Below, piece after piece: positions 58,005 through 64,000 of a stretch of 64,000 nt of DNA. This stretch comes from Myxococcota bacterium. Lineage in GTDB: Bacteria; Myxococcota_A; UBA9160; JAFDDA01. Under the pieces are notes generated by a model. It was given only the letters and a program-made list of their open reading frames with translations, was not told where the DNA came from and made no database searches. Position 1 is the first letter of the stretch; each line of letters begins with the position of its first letter. The position numbers and the translations under genes are program-made. The stretch spans positions 3,264,001-3,328,000 of the forward strand of contig OZ245817.1 in assembly GCA_965228475.1 (NCBI GenBank), given 5' to 3'.

Positions 58005-59420
58005 ATGAAGCAGACGCAGCAAACGCCCGCGTCGTCCTACTGGAGTCGTTTTCTCTCCGAGGTCATCGAGCCTGGCAATTGCATGCACTGCGGTGCGTGC
58101 GTCGGCCTCAACCCGCAGCTCCTGGAGTTCACGGAGACCGAACGCGGCCCGCTCCCGCGCCCGAAGCGGCCCCTCTCGCAGGAGGAGGATCGGTCACTGC
58201 GATTGGCGTGGGCCGTATGCTCCGGACGCGGCGCGCCCTACCCCGAGCTGTTCGAGTTCATGGGCAGCCCGGCCCAAGACCTCATGCTCGGCCCTTACCG
58301 CAAGGTCTACACCGGCTTCGCCGCAGACGAAGCGATCCGGCGACGGGGCGCTTCCGGCGGTGTGATCAGCCGAACCCTGATTCACCTGCTCGAGAACGGT
58401 CACGTCGATGGCGCGGTGATCCTCCGCCAGGGACGCTTCCGCCCTGACGAGGCCGCCCCGCTGATCGCCACGACTCCGGAGGAGGTATTGGCGTCCGCCC
58501 AGAGTGTCTACGCGGTGACGCCGATGCTGACGGCGCTTCCCGAGATGGAGACCTTCCAGGGCCGGCTCGCCTTCGTGGGCCTGCCGGAGCAGGTCTCGGT
58601 GCTGCGCATGCTTCAAGCGGCCGGCCATCCCGCGGCGACCAAGGTCGAGTTCGTTGCCGGGCCCTACACCGGTACGAACATGTACGCCGGCGCGGTGCGC
58701 GCCTTCCTCCGCGGCCATGGCGTCCGTGACGACGTCGCCATCACCTCGCTGCAGTGGCGGGCGGGGGAGTGGCCCGGCTACCTGCGCGTGGAGACCGAGG
58801 ATGGGCGAGTCTTCAAGGCCGAGAAGTTCTACTACAACTATTTGATTCCCTTCTACGTCTCGCGCCACTGCCAGATCATCCCCGACTTCGCCAACGAACT
58901 GACGGATCTCTCCATCGGCGATGCCTGGTCGCCGAAGTTCGAGAGCATGGGCGGTGGCCACTCGGTGGTCGTGGCACGAACTACCTTCTGCCAGGAGCTG
59001 ATGGAGAAGATGCGCGCCCAGGGCGAGCTCGAGCTCGACGACGTACCGGTCGACCAGGCACTCGCCATGCACGGCCACATGATCGACTTCAAGAAGCGAG
59101 GCTCCTTCCTCCGACTCGACGGCCAGCGCCGTCGGGGCCTGCCGGTCCCGGACAACGGCTACCGGCCCGTCGGCATCCCCTTCTCCCGCCGCTTCGTGGA
59201 GAGCATCATCAGCTCCTTCTTTTGGATTGGCCGCCAGCGCTGGGCGCGCTGGCTGATCTCGGCGCTGCCGCTCTCTCTCGTCGGCCCCACCTTCGACTTC
59301 ATGCGCAAGAGCTGGAAGGGCATCTCGAAGCCCACCAAGCGCAAGGGGCTGGCCGAGGCCAGTTTCCGCACGTGGGACAACCCCGAGCGGTGGAAGGAGA
59401 TCGCGCGGGTCGACCCGTGA
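58005..59420 (+). CDS. FrhB/FdhB-family (F420 dehydrogenase beta-like) Fe-S flavoprotein
   Basis: [45 protein letters not shown]. Confidence 0.85.
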   Translation: MKQTQQTPASSYWSRFLSEVIEPGNCMHCGACVGLNPQLLEFTETERGPLPRPKRPLSQEEDRSLRLAWAVCSGRGAPYPELFEFMGSPAQDLMLGPYRKVYTGFAADEAIRRRGASGGVISRTLIHLLENGHVDGAVILRQGRFRPDEAAPLIATTPEEVLASAQSVYAVTPMLTALPEMETFQGRLAFVGLPEQVSVLRMLQAAGHPAATKVEFVAGPYTGTNMYAGAVRAFLRGHGVRDDVAITSLQWRAGEWPGYLRVETEDGRVFKAEKFYYNYLIPFYVSRHCQIIPDFANELTDLSIGDAWSPKFESMGGGHSVVVARTTFCQELMEKMRAQGELELDDVPVDQALAMHGHMIDFKKRGSFLRLDGQRRRGLPVPDNGYRPVGIPFSRRFVESIISSFFWIGRQRWARWLISALPLSLVGPTFDFMRKSWKGISKPTKRKGLAEASFRTWDNPERWKEIARVDP

Positions 59421-60883
59421 GCGCCTCCGACGACGCGGGCGAGGCGAAGCGCGGGACGATCTGGCTGACGGTCGCGCAGCTCTGGCACGCCGTGTCCGGC
59501 TACGTCGTCTTCGTGACTGCGGCTCGAATCCTCGGCCCGGAGGACTTCGGCGACTTCGGCCTGATCTCCTGGACCATGACGGCGCTCGAGGTGTTCGTGG
59601 TGACCGGCGTCCCGCGGGCGGTTTCGTACTTCGTGGCGAGTCGACCCGAGGAGTCGCGGGGGATCGCACTGCGGGGCCTGCGGGTGACCCTCGCCCTCGG
59701 GGGCGGGATGGCCGTCCTGCTCTTGGCGCTCGCACCGACGCTGGCGGCCCTCTGGGGCGACCCGAAGCTGGCGACCGCCACACGGATCTCGGCGCTCGAC
59801 TTCGTCGCCTTCGCGACCTTCGCCGTCCTGGTCCAGGCCGTGAACGGTCTCCGCCTGTTCGGCCGCCAAGCCGCGATCTGGATGCTCTACAGCTCGGCGA
59901 AGGTCGCCTTCGTGGTCGGCTTCATCGCGATGGGCGGCGGCATCACGGGCGGAATCCTCGGCTACGTACTCGCTTCGACCTTCGCGAGCATGGTGGCGGT
60001 GTTGCTGGCCCGCCTCCCGGTGGGCGCGGGGCGAGTTCCGACTCGCCTCGCTCCCGCGCGCTTCCTCTCCTTCGGAGTGGCCATGGCGTGCCAGGCCCTC
60101 TCTCTCATGCTGATGCTCACGCTCGACTTGTGGGCGACGAAGTGGGCCACGGACGATCGGACGACCGAGGGCGCCTACGTTGCCGCCAGCACCCTGGCGC
60201 GCGTCCTGTACTTCGTATTCGTGGCCGTTGCAGAGGTGGCGTTGCCGACCGTCGTGCACCGATGGCAGTCAGGGCGCCGGCATGAGGCCACCGAGACCGC
60301 GCGGGACGTCCTCCGCCTGCTGCTTTGCGTCCTCCTACCTGCCACGGGCCTGGCGACCGGAGCTGCCCCCGGAGTCCTCGAATTCGTCTACGGCGCTGGC
60401 CAGGGCTACGGCGCGGCGGCCCCTTTCCTCCTGCTTCTCGCGCCGGCTGCCGCCGCCCTGACCCTTGCGGGCGTCCTGGCTTCGCTGGTGGTCGCTTCCG
60501 GCCGCGCAAATTCCGCCGCGCTGCTGCTCCTGACCTTCCTCGCTCTCGACGCAGCGGCGGTGTTCATCCTCGCGGAGAGGAACGGCGCACAGGGTGCCGC
60601 CTTGGGCACACTGGTCGTGTCGGGTCTCGCCATGGTCGCCTTGGCCGTGGCCACGGCGCGCATCTACGGTGCGGCCTTGCTGCCCTGGCGGACCGCTCTC
60701 CCGGCCGCCGCCGTTGCGCTCGCGATTCACATGGCGCTCGCCGCCTGGGCACCGAGCGGCTGGCTGCTTCTCCCGGCCGGAGCTCTGCTCGGCATCCTTG
60801 GCGTGGGCATCCTGGCCGCCGTCGGCGCCTTCTCACTCCGCGGCCTCCGTGGGTCGACCCCGGGCTCGACCGGCAGCGGATGA
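59417..60883 (+). CDS. Wzx-like oligosaccharide flippase (MOP superfamily)
   Basis: [19 protein letters not shown]; about 12-14 TM helices; GTGA overlap. Confidence 0.85.
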   Translation: MSASDDAGEAKRGTIWLTVAQLWHAVSGYVVFVTAARILGPEDFGDFGLISWTMTALEVFVVTGVPRAVSYFVASRPEESRGIALRGLRVTLALGGGMAVLLLALAPTLAALWGDPKLATATRISALDFVAFATFAVLVQAVNGLRLFGRQAAIWMLYSSAKVAFVVGFIAMGGGITGGILGYVLASTFASMVAVLLARLPVGAGRVPTRLAPARFLSFGVAMACQALSLMLMLTLDLWATKWATDDRTTEGAYVAASTLARVLYFVFVAVAEVALPTVVHRWQSGRRHEATETARDVLRLLLCVLLPATGLATGAAPGVLEFVYGAGQGYGAAAPFLLLLAPAAAALTLAGVLASLVVASGRANSAALLLLTFLALDAAAVFILAERNGAQGAALGTLVVSGLAMVALAVATARIYGAALLPWRTALPAAAVALAIHMALAAWAPSGWLLLPAGALLGILGVGILAAVGAFSLRGLRGSTPGSTGSG

Positions 60884-61004
60884 GCAGCCCTTCACCCTTG
60901 GGAATCCGCTTCCGAGGCGCCCTTGGGTTGACGCCACCCCCCTGGGGATGAGAGACTCGCCCGGTCCACGTCTGCTGTAGAAGCCGCGAAGGAGATCCTC
61001 CAAC

Positions 61005-61961
61005 ATGACTGCTCACATCAGTGTCGTCATTCCCCTGCTCGACGAGGAGGGGACCCTCGAGAAGCTCCACGCCCAACTCTCCGAGGTCCTCGGCGAACTC
61101 GGAAACCCTTACGAAATCCTGTTCATCGACGACGGCAGCACGGATCGCAGCGGCAGCATCCTGGACCAGCTCGCGGAGGAGGACCCCCACGTGGGCGTCA
61201 TCCATTTCCGCAGGAACTTCGGCAAGGCAGCCGCCCTCGACGCCGGATTCCGCGAGGCCACGGGCGACATCATCCTGACCATGGACGCCGACCTCCAGGA
61301 TGACCCCCACGAGATCCCCAAGTTCCTGGCGGAGATCGAGAAGGGTGCGGATCTCGTGAGCGGCTGGAAGCAGCACCGCCACGACCCGCTCGACAAGACG
61401 CTGCCCTCGAAGGTCTTCAACGCGATCCTGAGCAAGGTCTCGGGCCTCCAACTCAACGACTTCAACTGCGGCTTCAAGGCCTACCGGGCCGAGGTCGCCC
61501 AGGCCGTGAATCTCTATGGCGAGCTCCACCGGTTCGTTCCGGTGCTGGCCTTCTGGAGGGGCTTCCGCGTCTCCGAGATCGCCGTCCAGCACCATCCCCG
61601 CACCAGCGGCGTATCCAAGTACGGCGTGGAGCGGATGGCCAAGGGCTTCTTCGACCTCCTGACCGTGCTTCTCAACACGCGCTATCGGAGCCGCCCCCTC
61701 CACCTGTTCGGTGGCGCTGGGACCGTGCTGGGCCTGCTGGGCGGCTCGATGCTCTTCTACCTGTTCGCCGCATCCGTGTTCGGCATCGATGCGATGCGAC
61801 CGCGGCCCCTGCTCTACATGGGCTTGATGCTCCTGACGGTGGGCGTCCAGCTGGTCAGCACGGGGCTCCTGGCGGAGCTCGTCAACCGGACCGGCGAGGA
61901 TTCTCAGGCGCGCTACGCAGTCCGCCGCTTCATGGCTCCGCAGCAGCGCAAGCAGCAGTAG
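61005..61961 (+). CDS. GT2 polyprenol-phosphate glycosyltransferase with C-terminal TMs (ArnC/GtrB-like)
   Basis: IDDGSTD, RNFGKAAAL, MDADLQDDP, DFNCGFKAY, HRFVP, GVSKYG. Confidence 0.92.
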   Translation: MTAHISVVIPLLDEEGTLEKLHAQLSEVLGELGNPYEILFIDDGSTDRSGSILDQLAEEDPHVGVIHFRRNFGKAAALDAGFREATGDIILTMDADLQDDPHEIPKFLAEIEKGADLVSGWKQHRHDPLDKTLPSKVFNAILSKVSGLQLNDFNCGFKAYRAEVAQAVNLYGELHRFVPVLAFWRGFRVSEIAVQHHPRTSGVSKYGVERMAKGFFDLLTVLLNTRYRSRPLHLFGGAGTVLGLLGGSMLFYLFAASVFGIDAMRPRPLLYMGLMLLTVGVQLVSTGLLAELVNRTGEDSQARYAVRRFMAPQQRKQQ

Positions 61962-61980
61962 TCGCGCCTCACCTGCGCCC

Positions 61981-63264
61981 ATGACCACGGGTTCCTCTCT
62001 GGGCAAGCGCTTGGCTGGGTACGCGATCCTCGTCGCGATCGCGCTGCTGTTCGTCCGGATCTTCGACACGGAGAAGCACGCGGACTGGGGGCTCATGGTC
62101 CCCTTCCTGAGCGGTGCGGCGAACTACGAACTGGGGAAGGGCTGGCGCTTCAACGAGGCGGACATTGCCACCTTCTCGGCGCTCCCCTCGCGCGAGGCGC
62201 AGCAGAACTACCGCTTCGAGCCCTCCGACGAGTCGACCCTCGAGCCCTACAACTTCTCTTCCAGAGGCTTCTTGTTCGTCGTGCTGGCGGCCCGCACCCT
62301 GTTTCCGTGGCAGGGAGATCTGCAGGCCACCGAGTCGCTACAGGCGGCCGTCCACATCCTCATCTCGATCCTGATGATCTCCCTGCTGTCGTCCCCCACC
62401 AGCCGGGCCCTGTTCTTCGTGCTGTACACGGTGAACCCGCTCATCCTCATGGTGACGACGGCGCCTTACTACTACTTCTGGCAGGTGGTCCCGTCCGCGT
62501 GCCTCCTTCCCATGCTCTGGGATCGAGACCTCCGCTACGGCCGGTGGCTGGTCGCGATCGCGGTGATCCTTGCCGCCAGCTACGCGATCCGACCCACGAC
62601 ACTCTTCCCTGCCATGTTCTTCTTCGCGCTGGCGTTTTTGCGCGATTCCAAGCCGTTGGCCGTCGGAGCGCTCGTGCTCTACTTCGTGCTGGCGATTCCG
62701 GTCTTCGGCGGGAACCTGGCAAGCAAGGACCCTTGGCACACTGCCTACATCGGCCTCGGCGCCTGGCCGAACCCGCACGTCCCGGCCTTCGAAGACACCT
62801 TTGCATTCGTGTTGTACGAGGAAGAACACGGCGAACGCGTGCGAGTCGGCGCGGGCGGGAACTATCGCGACCCAGAGGTCCGGGCGGAGATGAGCCGGCT
62901 GGCTCGGGATGCGTACATGGAGATCGCGCGCGAGGAGCCGCTGATGATCGTGCGCAACGCCGCGCTGAACTTCTTCCAATCGTACTCGGTCGGCTACATC
63001 TCCGACAGCCAGCTGCTGAGCTATGCGAGTGCGCTGATCGGCCTCGGGACGATCGGCGTCCTTCTCTTCTTCGGCAAGTTCGCGTTCCTGATCGCCATCG
63101 GCCTCTCGACGATCGCCACGGTACCGCTCGCGCCGCCCAACCACGTCTACGGCTTCTCGAACTACCTGCTCCTCGTGGGGGCGTTCATCCACCTGGTCCG
63201 GCAGTTCGGGGTATCCGATCGGGTGGACGCCTTCATCCATGCGCGGATGCCGAACCGGGGATGA
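61981..63264 (+). CDS. Polytopic membrane protein, possible GT-C glycosyltransferase
   Basis: Many TMs with large external loops; DW near N-terminus, IRP, WH..YIGLG..N. Confidence 0.6.
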   Translation: MTTGSSLGKRLAGYAILVAIALLFVRIFDTEKHADWGLMVPFLSGAANYELGKGWRFNEADIATFSALPSREAQQNYRFEPSDESTLEPYNFSSRGFLFVVLAARTLFPWQGDLQATESLQAAVHILISILMISLLSSPTSRALFFVLYTVNPLILMVTTAPYYYFWQVVPSACLLPMLWDRDLRYGRWLVAIAVILAASYAIRPTTLFPAMFFFALAFLRDSKPLAVGALVLYFVLAIPVFGGNLASKDPWHTAYIGLGAWPNPHVPAFEDTFAFVLYEEEHGERVRVGAGGNYRDPEVRAEMSRLARDAYMEIAREEPLMIVRNAALNFFQSYSVGYISDSQLLSYASALIGLGTIGVLLFFGKFAFLIAIGLSTIATVPLAPPNHVYGFSNYLLLVGAFIHLVRQFGVSDRVDAFIHARMPNRG

Positions 63265-63424
63265 CCCGGAGGAAGCGGCCGAGCATGCGGACCTCGGCGT
63301 CGATGCGCACCGCGGATCCGAGCCTGACGATTCGCTGGGCCTGAGCCCAGCCGTGGGGACCTCTCCGCCCTGAGGTGACTGGCTCGCCAAGGGCTCCATG
63401 CCCGGACGCGAATCAATAGACCGA

Positions 63425-63589
63425 GTGAAATATTTTTCCCTGATTGGGTCCTGCATGAACGTCGCTTGCAGAGCTCTTCGGAGGTCTCGCCCGAGCCCTC
63501 CAAGACACCTCGGATTTTCAGTGACTTACAGACCTCCCCGCGCGGAGGAGCGTGGCATGGCGATTGCAAATAGATCGATCAGTCTATTT
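63425..63589 (+). promoter_or_regulatory. sigma54 promoter with IHF-like site and candidate enhancer
   Basis: TGGCATGGCGATTGCA at 63553-63568 (GG-N10-GC); TTTCAGTGACTTA at 63516-63528; GTGAAATATTTTTC at 63425-63438. Confidence 0.75.
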
Positions 63590-63606
63590 CATCAAGGAGC
63601 TTCACC

Positions 63607-64000
63607 ATGCGCTCGGCTCTCTCCTTGCGTTCGACCACGGCGCTTGCGGCAGCGACGACCTTCCTTCTGGCAGGTCGGGCCGACGCTCTGACCATCGATT
63701 GGAGTGCACTCCCCGACCAGACCTCCCCCACCACGATCTCCCAGGTCGATCAGGAAACGGGCACGACGGTCACGGCGACGGCGTCTGCCTGGCTGGCGAA
63801 CGGCTCGGTCACGTCGCTCGACCCCAATGATCCCATCGGTTCTGGGTTCACCCCTCTGGGAGTCAACATCGGTGGCGCCAACCCGGGCTCGCCGGGCTCC
63901 TCCACCCACGGTCTCGGCTGCCACGCAACCATCGACACGGAATGCGAAGAGCACCCGGTCTTCGAGGGTGGTGTCGACACCCTGGCGGAGGTCCTGCTGA
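63607..64000 (+). CDS. Secreted protein, 5' part (runs off window; probably PEP-CTERM)
   Basis: AAGGAG SD; MRSALSLRSTTALAAATTFLLAGRADA signal peptide; frame open to the window end (not in ORF track). Confidence 0.75.
   Translation, partial: MRSALSLRSTTALAAATTFLLAGRADALTIDWSALPDQTSPTTISQVDQETGTTVTATASAWLANGSVTSLDPNDPIGSGFTPLGVNIGGANPGSPGSSTHGLGCHATIDTECEEHPVFEGGVDTLAEVLL

Noticed and set aside
58005..59420. True F420-reducing hydrogenase
   Set aside because: No hydrogenase large/small subunits or maturation genes; the context is glycan biosynthesis.

Overview
High-GC bacterial chromosomal window. PEP-CTERM proteins, DUF1329, an spdEFG1-type EF-G, many lipid-metabolism genes and M16 proteases suggest a Myxococcota/deltaproteobacterial-type organism (inference). 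It is mostly core and metabolic genes: etfA, efp, gltA, ctaA, gdhA, fusA, nfi, infA, ppk1, a two-domain PPK2 and tRNA-Ser(CGA), followed by a glycan/surface cluster after the tRNA. Most notable: (1) an apparent operon of PPK2(PAP), PPK1, a 1382-aa dikinase and an atypical GAPDH, where the dikinase has a large unknown N-terminal region, PPDK ATP-grasp and phospho-His domains but no PEP/pyruvate barrel; (2) a complete 1.87-kb IS1595-family element with TIRs and an 8-bp target duplication, carrying an RxxxxH (HEPN-like) passenger and inserted in a TetR promoter; (3) genes that appear to need AUU/AUC start codons, plus several apparently leaderless genes; (4) an orphan ParA coupled to a lipid acyltransferase; (5) a tandem family of nearly uncharged PEP-CTERM proteins; (6) a stand-alone homolog of the ALDH1L1 formyl-THF hydrolase domain. 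No CRISPR array, rRNA or prophage is seen. All calls come from reading motifs by eye; no database searches were run.
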